Shown here piece by piece: positions 1 to 9,801 of a stretch of 28,260 nucleotides of DNA (its first letter is position 1; the number at the start of each line of letters is the position of its first letter). Where the stretch lies: assembly GCA_016926735.1 (NCBI GenBank), contig JAFGOA010000127.1, forward strand, positions 1-28,260, given 5' to 3'. The translations under genes were made by a program, and so were the position numbers. Source of the stretch: Promethearchaeota archaeon (GTDB lineage: Archaea > Asgardarchaeota > Lokiarchaeia > Sigyniarchaeales > SOKP01). Below the pieces are notes generated by a model, which worked only from the letters and a program-made list of their open reading frames with translations, did no database searches and had not been told where the DNA came from.

Positions 1-32
1 AATTTTTAATCTAAAAATATTAGATATAAGTA

Positions 33-591
33 ATGAAAATAGATGAAATAACAGATCATTAATATTTTATTTAATAACGAAAGAGAAAGTCTTACGAATA
101 TAGGGGAAAAAGTGCTTAAAGCAAATAAGGAATCCATGACCCATGCAGGCATTAATAAAAGAATTTTAAAAATGGAGAAAAATGATATCTTAAAAATACA
201 AGGAAATATAGCGATTGAAAATTTAGGATATAAAGCTTGTTTTATATTAATCGAAATGAAAAATTATGAAGAAACTAAAAATTTAATAAGTTCTTATTCA
301 AAATGTCCAAGAGTTTTTCTATTATCTCATGTAAATGGTCGTTATGATTTAATAATAGGTATTATAGGACAGTCTATTGAAATTTTACATAGATATATAA
401 ATAATTGCGGGCCTACAAATAAAGAGGGAATTTTACATTCAGATATCTTATTTGTATCAAATTTTATTAATCCAACATATATTCCATTAGATATATTTAG
501 TAAAGAAAGTCAAGAATGTAATTGCGGTAATCAATGTAGTAATTGTGAAGCATTTTTGAGTGGTGAATGTGAAGGATGCGGTAAATTCTAG
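33..591 (+). CDS. Lrp/AsnC-family transcriptional regulator with Cys-rich C-terminal tail; 5' frameshift near nt 50 (possible pseudogene or assembly error)
   Basis: ATG at 33 gives MKIDEI and then stops at 60-62. The frame of ORF 112..591 is open from nt 52 (QIINILFNNERESLTNIGEKV...KRILKMEKNDIL), which completes an Lrp HTH. A RAM-like domain (GRYDLII) follows, and the tail is CNCGNQCSNC...CEGC. Confidence 0.75.
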
Positions 592-760
592 TTTAATAAT
601 CGTTTCAAATTAAAACTACTTTTGTGAAAGTGTTTTATATTGAAACTAACGCTAATTTGATTGTTTAAATTATCCCTCATTAGGAAAGCTTAAATTCCCT
701 AAATTATTTATTAAGAATAGAAAATAAAATTAGCGTTTTTAAATAAATATTCTGAAAAAA

Positions 761-1018
761 ATGATTGTTGAAGATAGATATTTTGTATCAAATTACCAAG
801 AGAAAAAGAAATTAATTTCGTTATCACCATCGGGTAAATTCATTTTATATCTTTTAAAACAAAGAGGACCACTGAATCGAAATGAAATTCTCAATAGAAC
901 TCTCCTTCCAAAAAGAACAGTAGCATATGCATTAAAAATGCTTCAAGATGATAATTTTATTAATAAATTTAAGGATAAAAAAGATAAACGTGTAAGTATT
1001 TATCAATCTAATATATAA
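761..1018 (+). CDS. Small winged-helix (MarR/TrmB-like) DNA-binding protein
   Basis: LSPSGKFILYLL...GPLNRNEI...LPKRTVAYALKML...DKRVSIY is a typical archaeal wHTH with a D-x-R wing. Confidence 0.75.
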   Translation: MIVEDRYFVSNYQEKKKLISLSPSGKFILYLLKQRGPLNRNEILNRTLLPKRTVAYALKMLQDDNFINKFKDKKDKRVSIYQSNI

Positions 1019-1033
1019 GATCGTTCATTTAAG

Positions 1034-1414
1034 GTGTTAAATATATATTCCGATAAAGTCATGGATCATTTTAAAAATCCTCGTAATATGGGTGAAATGC
1101 TGGATGCTGATGCAATAGGAAAGGTTGGAAATCCTACTTGCGGAGATTTGATGTATATTTATATAAAAGTAAAGGATGACATAATTGATGATATATCTTT
1201 TCAAACTTTTGGTTGTGGAGCAGCAATTGCTACGAGTTCAATGATAACCGAATTAGCAAAAGGAAAATCTCTCGATGATGCTTTAAAGATTAAAAGAACA
1301 GATGTAGCACATGCTTTAGATGGTTTGCCTCCAATTAAGATGCATTGTAGCAATTTAGCTGCAGATGGATTGCATAAAGCAATCAATAAATATAGAAAAA
1401 AAAAGGATAATTAA
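1034..1414 (+). CDS. iscU: Fe-S cluster assembly scaffold IscU/NifU (true start possibly ATA at 1043)
   Basis: YSDKVMDHFKNPRNMG, GNPTCGD, FGCGAAIA, LPPIKMHCSNLA; all three scaffold Cys are present. Confidence 0.96.
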   Translation: MLNIYSDKVMDHFKNPRNMGEMLDADAIGKVGNPTCGDLMYIYIKVKDDIIDDISFQTFGCGAAIATSSMITELAKGKSLDDALKIKRTDVAHALDGLPPIKMHCSNLAADGLHKAINKYRKKKDN

Positions 1415-1514
1415 TAATTTCTTTATTTAAAAACAGATTAAATCAAGATAAGATTAATTATCCAAATAAGCTCATATCTATTCTTTTAATTAGTGAAACA
1501 AATTTGAAGATAAG

Positions 1515-2534
1515 ATGAAATCTGAAAATAAAAAAACAATTACAGGTATAGGTTTAGTTTCAGGAGGTTTAGATAGCCTTATTGCAACTCTCCTATTGAA
1601 AATCCAAAATATCAAGGTAATCATATTAAATTTTAAATCACCATTTTGTGTTAGTAAAAAAGAATGTAATAGGGAAAATTGTAGTTTAGATATTTATAAA
1701 GAGAAATTCAATATAGAAATAATTCATAAACAAATCCAAGATGATTATATTGAGATGCTAAAAAATCCAAAATTCGGATATGGAAAAAATTTTAATCCCT
1801 GTATTGATTGTAGAATCTATATTCTTAAAAAAACAAAAGAATTTGCAGAGGAAATAGGAGCTGATTTTATATTTACTGGAGAAGTGCTTAATCAAAGACC
1901 TAAATCACAAACTAAACAAGCTCTAGAAATAGTTGAAAAAGAAAGTAATTTAGAAGGAATATTACTTCGTCCTCTTTCTGCTAAGTTGCTAAAACCCACA
2001 ATATTAGAGGAAAAAGGGATAATTGATCGATCCCAACTATTAGGGATAGAGGGACGAAGTCGCAAAACTCAAGTAGAATTAGCAAGAAAATACAATTTAT
2101 TAACAGAATATTTTGCTTCTGGGGGATGTTTATTAACAGATAAATCTTATTCATTAAAAGCAAAAGATTTGATTAATCATTGTGAGAATTTAAAATTAAA
2201 AGATTTCAATATGTTAAAATATGGACGCCATTTTAGATATAAAAAAGCAAAAATAATAATAGGAAGAAATGAACAAGAGAATACAATTTTAGAACAATCT
2301 ATAAAACCTATGGATATTCTAATGTATGCTAAATATGTAAAAGGACCGATTACGATTATACAAGGAGATTTCAATGATGATATTGTTGAATTTGCGGCGA
2401 AAGTCACTTTGAGATATTCGGATCTTAATGAAAAAAATGGAATAGTTATATATAAAATTAATAACTCCAATGTAGAAAATGAATTATCTGTAAATAGAGC
2501 TTCTGAAGATTATTATAAAAACTACATGATATAA
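1515..2534 (+). CDS. ThiI-like PP-loop tRNA sulfurtransferase with C-terminal DUF814/NFACT-R-like RNA-binding domain
   Basis: PP-loop SGGLDS, NPCIDCR, TGEVLNQRPKSQ, GGCLLTD, then GRHFR...IIGRNEQEN. No N-terminal THUMP domain is visible. Confidence 0.8.
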   Translation: MKSENKKTITGIGLVSGGLDSLIATLLLKIQNIKVIILNFKSPFCVSKKECNRENCSLDIYKEKFNIEIIHKQIQDDYIEMLKNPKFGYGKNFNPCIDCRIYILKKTKEFAEEIGADFIFTGEVLNQRPKSQTKQALEIVEKESNLEGILLRPLSAKLLKPTILEEKGIIDRSQLLGIEGRSRKTQVELARKYNLLTEYFASGGCLLTDKSYSLKAKDLINHCENLKLKDFNMLKYGRHFRYKKAKIIIGRNEQENTILEQSIKPMDILMYAKYVKGPITIIQGDFNDDIVEFAAKVTLRYSDLNEKNGIVIYKINNSNVENELSVNRASEDYYKNYMI

Positions 2535-2561
2535 GAAAGAATTTTATTTAAAAAAAAATAT

Positions 2562-3470
2562 TTAAATTTCAAATAAGTCTGTTGTAAGATATCTCTCACC
2601 AGTATCAGGAAGTAAAACAACTATATTTTGTTTTTCATTAAAATCCTTAGCTGCAATATTTAATGTTGCCCATGTTGCAGCACCAGAAGAAATTCCTACA
2701 AATATTCCCTCTAATTTAGCTAGTTCTCTAGATGATTGAACTGCATCGTTATATTCTACTTGAATAATTTTATCATAAATTTTAGTATTTAAAACTTCAG
2801 GGATAAAACCAGCACCAATACCTTGTATTTTATGAGGACCTGAAGTGCCTCCTGAGAGCACTGGAGATCCTTTAGGTTCCACAGCATAGACTTTAATATG
2901 CTCTCCAACTTTTTTTTTAAGGATTTCACCCACTCCAGTAATAGTGCCTCCTGTTCCTACTCCTGCTATAAAACCATCAACTTCACCGTTTAAATCATTT
3001 ATTATTTCTTCAGCAGTTGTTTTTCTATGGATTTCTGGATTTGCTAAGTTTTTAAATTGTTGAGGAATAAATACTTTTTCATCATCATTTCCTAATTCTT
3101 CGGCTTTATTTATCGCTCCTTTCATTCCTTCCGTAGCAGGAGTAAGTATGATATCTGCCCCATAAGCTTTTAATATTTTTCTTCTTTCAATGGACATACT
3201 TTCTGGCATAGTTAATATCAGCTTATATCCTTTTACAGCACACACTAAAGCTAAACCAATTCCTGTATTTCCTGAGGTAGGTTCTACAATTATAGAACCT
3301 TTTTTTATAAGACCCTGATTTTCAGCTTTTTCTATCATAGCTAGAGCAATTCTATCTTTTACACTAGAACCTGGATTAAAAGCCTCGATTTTTGCGTAGA
3401 TATTTGGTTTCAAATTTTTATTAATTCTATTAAATTTAACTAAAGGTGTTTTACCGATTGTTTCGATCAT
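2562..3470 (-). CDS. cysK: Cysteine synthase (O-acetylserine sulfhydrylase); true start possibly ATT at 3491
   Basis: IGKTPLV, NPGSSVKDR (PLP Lys), EPTSGNTG, GVGTGGT, HKIQGIGAGF, PDTGERYL. Confidence 0.96.
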   Translation of the reverse strand: MIETIGKTPLVKFNRINKNLKPNIYAKIEAFNPGSSVKDRIALAMIEKAENQGLIKKGSIIVEPTSGNTGIGLALVCAVKGYKLILTMPESMSIERRKILKAYGADIILTPATEGMKGAINKAEELGNDDEKVFIPQQFKNLANPEIHRKTTAEEIINDLNGEVDGFIAGVGTGGTITGVGEILKKKVGEHIKVYAVEPKGSPVLSGGTSGPHKIQGIGAGFIPEVLNTKIYDKIIQVEYNDAVQSSRELAKLEGIFVGISSGAATWATLNIAAKDFNEKQNIVVLLPDTGERYLTTDLFEI

Positions 3471-3611
3471 ATTGTCATATATTGTAATAATTTATAGCAC
3501 CTCTTTTTTGAGAATCTTGAATTCATAAATCAAGAACATTATATAAATCTTCATGCGGTTTTTAGTCCTATTTTTAATTATCTATAATTAAATTTTTAAA
3601 ATATTTCTGAA

Positions 3612-4451
3612 TTAAATCCCTCCTCCATAGTTTCCGAAAAAGATCTCCACAGAATCATCTGATTTTTCTCTATCATTTAATATTTTTTTTTCTAAAAATT
3701 CAAGTCGAGAATTTAAGGTATTAATTGTAATAACCAGTGGATCTGGTAAATCTCCATGAGCCAAATCAATTTTTTTTATTTTATTTCCCTCTCTTGAAAT
3801 GACTTGCCCTGGAACGCCAACAACAACAGAATTTGGTGGTACATTCTTAACCACTACAGAGTTTGATCCAATTCGAGTATTATCTCCAATAGTTATTGGT
3901 CCAAGTAATTTTGCTCCAGTTCCAATAACAACATTATCCCCTACAGTAGGATGTCTTTTTTTATGCTCAAGAGAAACACCCCCCAAAACTACTCCTGAAT
4001 AAAGAGTAACATTATTTCCTATTTCTGCTGTTTCTCCAATAACAACCCCAGAACCATGATCAATAAAAAATTCACTTCCTATTTTTGCTCCAGGATGGAT
4101 TTCGATTCCAGTTAAATCTCTGGCAATGTCAGAGAGATATCTAGGGATAAATGGCATACCAATTTGCCAGAAAAAATGTGCAATTCTATATAATAACACT
4201 GCTTTTATACCAGGATAGCTTGTCAAAACTTCTAATATGGATTTAGCTGCAGGGTCTTTATTAAATGCAGAGCTAACGTCAGATACAAAAAAATCTAAAA
4301 TCTTCTGCAAAGATTTATCTAATTCTTCACGATTTATTTCTTGTACACTAAAATTTAAATCTAAAATACATTGTGCACAATAACTATGTTTTTCACTTTC
4401 TTTACAACTTAAATTTTTTCCGCAACTTAAACATTGTAAAAATTCTGCCAT
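3612..4451 (-). CDS. cysE: Serine O-acetyltransferase with N-terminal Cys-rich extension
   Basis: [39 protein letters not shown], hexapeptide repeats, HGDLPDP; N-terminus CLSC...C...CAQC. Confidence 0.95.
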   Translation of the reverse strand: MAEFLQCLSCGKNLSCKESEKHSYCAQCILDLNFSVQEINREELDKSLQKILDFFVSDVSSAFNKDPAAKSILEVLTSYPGIKAVLLYRIAHFFWQIGMPFIPRYLSDIARDLTGIEIHPGAKIGSEFFIDHGSGVVIGETAEIGNNVTLYSGVVLGGVSLEHKKRHPTVGDNVVIGTGAKLLGPITIGDNTRIGSNSVVVKNVPPNSVVVGVPGQVISREGNKIKKIDLAHGDLPDPLVITINTLNSRLEFLEKKILNDREKSDDSVEIFFGNYGGGI

Positions 4452-4644
4452 ATATCATCCATACATGTTATTATTATTCAAAATTATTATTTCTAAAAAA
4501 AATTAGGTGCAAATATGTCATATATCACTATAAGTAAATAATTAAAAGATCCAATACCCTTTTTTAATTAAAAATAGTAATATGGATAATTTATAGTTAA
4601 GATTTATAACTTATAACATCAAATCAGAAATCTAATTCTATAAA

Positions 4645-4815
4645 TTAAAATATTAGCTTTTTCTTGTTATTTTGACTAACTTGTCTTTTTAGCCATTGTT
4701 GATTCCATTTTTGGAGACAGTTATTAGAACAAAAATTTTTAAGTTTATTAATGCAACAAGTCTTTCTTGTTATAGGATCTCCAATAATAATTTTATTACA
4801 ACCATTACATCTCAT
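4645..4815 (-). CDS. Unannotated 56-aa TRASH/YHS-like metal-binding microprotein
   Basis: Hand translation: MRCNGCNKIIIGDPITRKTCCINKLKNFCSNNCLQKWNQQWLKRQVSQNNKKKLIF*. It has the CxxC...FCSxxC TRASH pattern and lies co-oriented 23 nt after the sufS stop. Confidence 0.8.
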   Translation of the reverse strand: MRCNGCNKIIIGDPITRKTCCINKLKNFCSNNCLQKWNQQWLKRQVSQNNKKKLIF

Positions 4816-4838
4816 TTTAAATCATCTTCTTTTTATAT

Positions 4839-6035
4839 TTAATTAATTAATTCAGAGATATTCTTTAAAAAAATATCAATGTCTCTTTCATTATTGTATA
4901 AATACGTTGATAACCGAATAACGCCATTTGATGCATTGAAAGTGTTTCTTATTAAGGGTTCAGCACATAAGAATCCACTTCTTATGCAAATATTTGAAGA
5001 TATATTTAAAGATAAAGCAAGGTCATGAGGATTAACTCCTTTTATATTAAATGAGATTATTCCTATGCGATTTTTTAAATCTCCACCATATAATTCAATA
5101 TTTTTATTTTGTGACAAATTATTATATACTTTTTGAATTAGAGCTTTTTCATGATTTTCGATATTTTGTAATCCAATAGATTTTAAATATTTTATAGCTT
5201 TATCAAGTCCGATTAATTGGGCTATAGGTGGTGTTCCAGCTTCAAATTTATTTGTATTTGTTAATAACTTATAATTATAATTATTTACCCATTTAACTGC
5301 CCCACCACCAATAATTAAAGGACTAATTTCTTCTTGTAATTCTTTTTTAATAAATAAAATTCCAATCCCTGTCGGACTACACATTTTATGTGCTGAAAAT
5401 ACCAAAAAATCACAATTTAGATCATTTACATCAATACCAATATGAGGTACTGATTGAGCACCATCTATCATGACCATTGCTCCATTATCATGAGCAATAT
5501 TTATAATTTCTTTAATCGGAATTACTTTTCCAGTTACATTAGATAAATGTGTTATTGATACGATCTTTGTATGTTTACTAATCTTATTTTCAAAATCATT
5601 TATATCAAGATTACCATTATTATCTGAATTAACGATTTTCAAATCTATATTATATTGATCTTTTATTCTTAACCAAGGTAAATAATTAGAATGATGTTCT
5701 AATGATGTTGTAATAATATTATCTTCTTTATTCCAATTAATTCCATTTGCAATAATATTAATTCCTTCTGTTGAATTCTTAGTAACAATAATTTCCGATG
5801 AGTGTTTAGCGTTAATAAAATCTTGAACCGTAATTCTTGCTTTTTCATATTCTGCAGTAGCTTTTTGTGATATTTCATACATCCCTCTATTAATATTACT
5901 ACGATATTCTTTATAATATTCAACCATTTTATTTAAGACATTATTAGGGGTTAAACTAGTAGCTGCACTATCTAAATAAATAAGTTTATTCTTGTTTAAA
6001 ATTGGAAAATCCTTTCTTATTTTTTTAATATTCAT
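4839..6035 (-). CDS. sufS: Cysteine desulfurase, group II (SufS/CsdA type)
   Basis: IRKDFPIL, YLDSAATS, EHHSN, DGAQS, SAHKM (PLP Lys), FEAGTP, IRSGFLCA (RxGxxCA catalytic Cys). Confidence 0.93.
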   Translation of the reverse strand: MNIKKIRKDFPILNKNKLIYLDSAATSLTPNNVLNKMVEYYKEYRSNINRGMYEISQKATAEYEKARITVQDFINAKHSSEIIVTKNSTEGINIIANGINWNKEDNIITTSLEHHSNYLPWLRIKDQYNIDLKIVNSDNNGNLDINDFENKISKHTKIVSITHLSNVTGKVIPIKEIINIAHDNGAMVMIDGAQSVPHIGIDVNDLNCDFLVFSAHKMCSPTGIGILFIKKELQEEISPLIIGGGAVKWVNNYNYKLLTNTNKFEAGTPPIAQLIGLDKAIKYLKSIGLQNIENHEKALIQKVYNNLSQNKNIELYGGDLKNRIGIISFNIKGVNPHDLALSLNISSNICIRSGFLCAEPLIRNTFNASNGVIRLSTYLYNNERDIDIFLKNISELIN

Positions 6036-6058
6036 AAAAATATCCCTCTAATAAGACA

Positions 6059-6202
6059 TTATTTTATTTTCCCAAGTATTTTTGCACATTGTTTGCATAA
6101 TGAATGATGAAAATAACAATTATCACAAATCTTTCGAGAACATCTTCTACAAATGAAATTTGATTTGCTTTTTTTACAATTCTGGCAGAAATTTATCATC
6201 AT
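6059..6202 (-). CDS. Unannotated 47-aa zinc-finger microprotein (four CxxC; B-box-like)
   Basis: Hand translation: MMINFCQNCKKSKSNFICRRCSRKICDNCYFHHSLCKQCAKILGKIK*. It fills the thi4-sufS gap on the same strand. Confidence 0.78.
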   Translation of the reverse strand: MMINFCQNCKKSKSNFICRRCSRKICDNCYFHHSLCKQCAKILGKIK

Positions 6203-6244
6203 AGAGCATAGCTATTATAAAACCTAAAAAAAATTTTGACTATT

Positions 6245-7030
6245 TTATCTTTTTAAATCTTTTATTATTTCTTCAGCAACCTTTTTCCCTGATAATAACA
6301 TTCCACCAAATATAGGTCCCATTCTTGGAGTATTATATAATGTGCCTACTGCCATTCCTGTTGCGTATAATCCAGGAAACACCTTTCCTGTTTTTTCTAT
6401 TATTAATTCTTCACCAATCTTTGAATTCATTGATTTCTCTCCTAATGTTAATAAATTTAAATCAGGATTTTTTCTTGATGCTACTGCTAATATTTCAGCA
6501 TCATGTCCAGTTGCATCTACCAATGCTTTTGAGGCTACGCAAAGTGGATCCACATGAATTCCAGACATAATAACACTAACCCATTGTATAACTGCACCAG
6601 TAATTCTTAATGGATTTATATCAAACATAACATCATCAACTGTTATTCCAAGAATCATTTTTGCCCCAGCATCCATAACAGATGCAGATAATTTTGCAAT
6701 CATTTCTGCTGTATCAGTGGTATAAAATCCTTCTGATATTTTTTCTAATCTACATCCTACTTCTTTTAAGATGTCTGAGGCCGGATCTTGTATAACAAGC
6801 TTATGAAAAAGCATTCCTCCACCCCCAATTCCACCACCAAATGAAAGTCTTCTTTCAAATATTACAGTTTTTAATCCATTTTCAGCTAAAATTTTTGCTG
6901 CAATTAGACCAGATGGTCCTGCGCCAACAATTATTACATCTGACTCTGCAAGTTCTAACCAATCATCAGTTGCTTTTTTGATTATTGCTCTTGTTATATC
7001 TACTTCACTAACTGGCTTTAAATTGTCCAT
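6245..7030 (-). CDS. thi4: Thiazole synthase Thi4, His-type (sulfide-dependent)
   Basis: [28 protein letters not shown] (His where yeast Thi4 has Cys), [21 protein letters not shown]. Confidence 0.95.
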   Translation of the reverse strand: MDNLKPVSEVDITRAIIKKATDDWLELAESDVIIVGAGPSGLIAAKILAENGLKTVIFERRLSFGGGIGGGGMLFHKLVIQDPASDILKEVGCRLEKISEGFYTTDTAEMIAKLSASVMDAGAKMILGITVDDVMFDINPLRITGAVIQWVSVIMSGIHVDPLCVASKALVDATGHDAEILAVASRKNPDLNLLTLGEKSMNSKIGEELIIEKTGKVFPGLYATGMAVGTLYNTPRMGPIFGGMLLSGKKVAEEIIKDLKR

Positions 7031-7269
7031 AATTTGATTACAAAGATTATTTAATTGCTTATTCCAAATTATTTTCTAAACCATTTATAATTAAATGTAA
7101 GTTTTGCATTTATTTTTCAATAATTACCTTCTTTAGCCAGATGAGAGTTCAAATTTAAAATTTAAAATTATCATAATTTTTAGTTTGAAATAAAAAATAA
7201 TCTTATACCTAAAATGAAAAAGATAAATAATAAAGTCGAGAAAATATCTTTAGAAAAAAACTATGAATA

Positions 7270-8211
7270 CTAATGTCTTAACATTTCCTCTATAGGTTTT
7301 AGTGCTCTTTTAGCTGTCTCATTAGGTACTTTAACTTCAAAGTTTTTATCATCTAGATGATTTAATAAATACTCTATTAACTCAAGACTATGTTTTTTCA
7401 TATTATAACATATCATTTTTTCATTAGCAAGAGTATATTTATTACCCGGAAAATCTATTTTTAATCTTTCTAAGAGACCTAATTCTGTTCCAATAATATA
7501 TTCTGTAATATTATTTAAATTCGACTCTACATATTTATACATATGTGCTGTTGAACCAACTATATCTGCTAATTCTCTAACTTCTCTCTTACATTCTGGA
7601 TGGACAAGAATTTTTGCTTTAGGATGTTTTGCTTTCATTCCTTTTATATCTCCTTGTGTTAATTGAGAATGTACAATACAATGCCCTTTCTCAGGCATTT
7701 TAATAGTTTTAATTCCAGATATTTGTTCAACATAATCAGCTAAATTAGCATCTGGTCCAAAAAGAACAGAATCGCAATGATGCTTATTTATCATATACTT
7801 TGTAATTTCTACACAATTGGATGATGTACAACAAATATCTGCCTCGGCTTTCACATCTGCAGTTGAATTAACATATACAATAATAGGATTATTAGGATAC
7901 CTCTTTTTAAACTCTAACACTTTTTCAGGAGTAAGAAATTTAGCCATGGGACAACATGATTCTGGATTAGGGATTAGTACATGTCTTTCTTGATTTAATA
8001 TCGAAGCTGTTTCTGCCATAAACCTGACACCAGCAAAAATAATATATTCAGTATTGGTTTTTTCCTTAGCAATCCGAGATAATCCTAAAGAATCTCCAAT
8101 ATGATCAGCAATTTCTTGAATTTCAATTGGTTGATAGTAATGAGCTAAGATAGTTACATCATTTTTCGATTTAAGGTCTAAAATTGTTGATTGTAATTGT
8201 TTTATTGTCAT
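7270..8211 (-). CDS. nadA: Quinolinate synthase ([4Fe-4S])
   Basis: ILAHYYQ, GDSLGL, GVRFMAE, CPMA, YVNS, CTSSN, HCIVH, VHPEC, GTE, CYNMK. Confidence 0.96.
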   Translation of the reverse strand: MTIKQLQSTILDLKSKNDVTILAHYYQPIEIQEIADHIGDSLGLSRIAKEKTNTEYIIFAGVRFMAETASILNQERHVLIPNPESCCPMAKFLTPEKVLEFKKRYPNNPIIVYVNSTADVKAEADICCTSSNCVEITKYMINKHHCDSVLFGPDANLADYVEQISGIKTIKMPEKGHCIVHSQLTQGDIKGMKAKHPKAKILVHPECKREVRELADIVGSTAHMYKYVESNLNNITEYIIGTELGLLERLKIDFPGNKYTLANEKMICYNMKKHSLELIEYLLNHLDDKNFEVKVPNETAKRALKPIEEMLRH

Positions 8212-8250
8212 TCTAAATTTATGCTCTTGATTTTTTTAAAATTTTTTTTA

Positions 8251-9465
8251 TTATTTAACATTATATGCCATATTTTTGTTTAAAGGAGACATTTTCCTCA
8301 ATCTTTCAACTATGGAAGGTAATATTTCTAACAAGTAATCTATATCACTTTCCTGATTAAATCGTCCTAATGATAGACGAAGAGATCCATGAGCTTCTTC
8401 TGGTTTTAATCCAATTGCAAGCAAAACATGAGAGGCTTCCAAAGATTTTGAAGAGCATGCGGACCCTGTAGATGCTGCTATTCCCTCCATATCTAAACTT
8501 AATAATATAGATTCTCCTTCAATATATCTAAAACCTATATTAGCATTATTAGGAAGTCGTTTAGTCGGATGTCCATTTAGATAAGTATCTTCAATATTTT
8601 CTAAAATAGAAGAAATTATTTTATCTCTCAATTTTTTTAATTTTCTATTATCACTATCCATTTCTTCTTTCGCTAATTCTGCAGCTTTAGCAAATCCTGC
8701 AATATTTGGAATATTTTCTGTGCTAGGACGATATCCCATTTCATGAGCTCCTCCAAACATTATTGGCCTGCAATAGGTTCCCCAACCCTCTTTTTTTCCT
8801 TTATTTCGCATATATAGCATTCCAACACCTTTTGGGCCATATAATTTATGAGCACTAGCGGATAACATATCAATCTTCAAATCATTCATATCTATGGGGA
8901 TTTTACCAAATGCTTGAACTGCATCTGTATGAAAGATAATATCAGATTCATTAGCAATTTCTCCAATTTCTTTTATAGGTTCTATGGTACCAATCTCATT
9001 ATTAGCAAACATTATACTGATAAGAATTGTTTTATTTGTGATTGTTTCCTTTAACTCCTCTAAGTCTATTAAACCAAATTTATCTACAGGTAAAAATGAT
9101 ACTTTAAATCCTTGTTTTTCTAATTCTTGAAAAGGACGCAATACAGCATGATGTTCTATTGATGAGGTTATTAAATGATTACCACGATTTTTATTCTTAT
9201 ATGCAACACCATTAATTGCAATATTATCTGCTTCTGTTCCAGAACCTGTAAAAATGATATCTTCTTTTACTGCATTTATTAAAGATGCAACTTTTTCTCG
9301 AGAGTTTTCTAAGGTTTCATGTGCTCTTAATCCCAAACTATGCAAACTAGAAGCATTCCCATAATCGGATTTAAGATGTTGATTAATAACATCAATTACA
9401 CGAGGATCAATAGGAGTTGTTGCTGCATTATCAAGATATATATATTTTTTATTCATTATAAGCAA
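8251..9465 (-). CDS. iscS: Cysteine desulfurase, group I (IscS/NifS type)
   Basis: YLDNAATT, GNASSLH, IEHHAV, ANNEIGT, HTDAVQ, SAHKLYGPKG, STGSACSS, GSLRLSLGR. Confidence 0.95.
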   Translation of the reverse strand: MLIMNKKYIYLDNAATTPIDPRVIDVINQHLKSDYGNASSLHSLGLRAHETLENSREKVASLINAVKEDIIFTGSGTEADNIAINGVAYKNKNRGNHLITSSIEHHAVLRPFQELEKQGFKVSFLPVDKFGLIDLEELKETITNKTILISIMFANNEIGTIEPIKEIGEIANESDIIFHTDAVQAFGKIPIDMNDLKIDMLSASAHKLYGPKGVGMLYMRNKGKKEGWGTYCRPIMFGGAHEMGYRPSTENIPNIAGFAKAAELAKEEMDSDNRKLKKLRDKIISSILENIEDTYLNGHPTKRLPNNANIGFRYIEGESILLSLDMEGIAASTGSACSSKSLEASHVLLAIGLKPEEAHGSLRLSLGRFNQESDIDYLLEILPSIVERLRKMSPLNKNMAYNVK

Positions 9466-9764
9466 ACCATAATTGATTTTTACTATAATAACAATTAATC
9501 AAGAAAATTAAGAATAAAATCATTAATTTTCATTCTATTGTAAGTATTATTTATAAAAAAAATTTTTGTTATAATTCGAAAATTGAAGTATTTTATCAAT
9601 AAAAAAAAAATGTGCTTAATTTTCACCATTTTTTAGAGAAGAAATGATATTTTTAAATAATTCGTATAACCTAAATTCTACTCATTGAATTAATATAAAA
9701 ATTGAATTAGATCGTGAAATTTAGGGTTTTTTAATAAAATTCTACAATAAACATCAAATTTAAG

Positions 9765-9801
9765 TATTGTGTTTTACACAATATATGTATAATACACAGT
9801 A
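9765..9801. promoter_or_regulatory. Candidate PadR autoregulatory operator (perfect 8-3-8 palindrome plus an imperfect second copy)
   Basis: TATTGTGT-TTT-ACACAATA at 9765-9783, with an imperfect repeat ATATGTAT-AAT-ACACAGTA at 9783-9801, directly upstream of the padR body. Confidence 0.6.

Noticed and set aside
1201-6570. Short overlapping ORFs (1201..1386, 1981..2163, 2177..2470, 3799..4002, 5699..5923, 6325..6570, 6342..6557)
   Set aside because: They are antisense or alternate-frame shadows of well-supported genes, with no recognisable motifs.
7120-7200. TPP riboswitch upstream of thi4 (minus strand TTTGAACTCTCATCTGGCTAAAGAAGG resembles the 3' half)
   Set aside because: No CTGAGA motif and no P2/P3 or P5 pairing; the upstream sequence is almost pure A/T.
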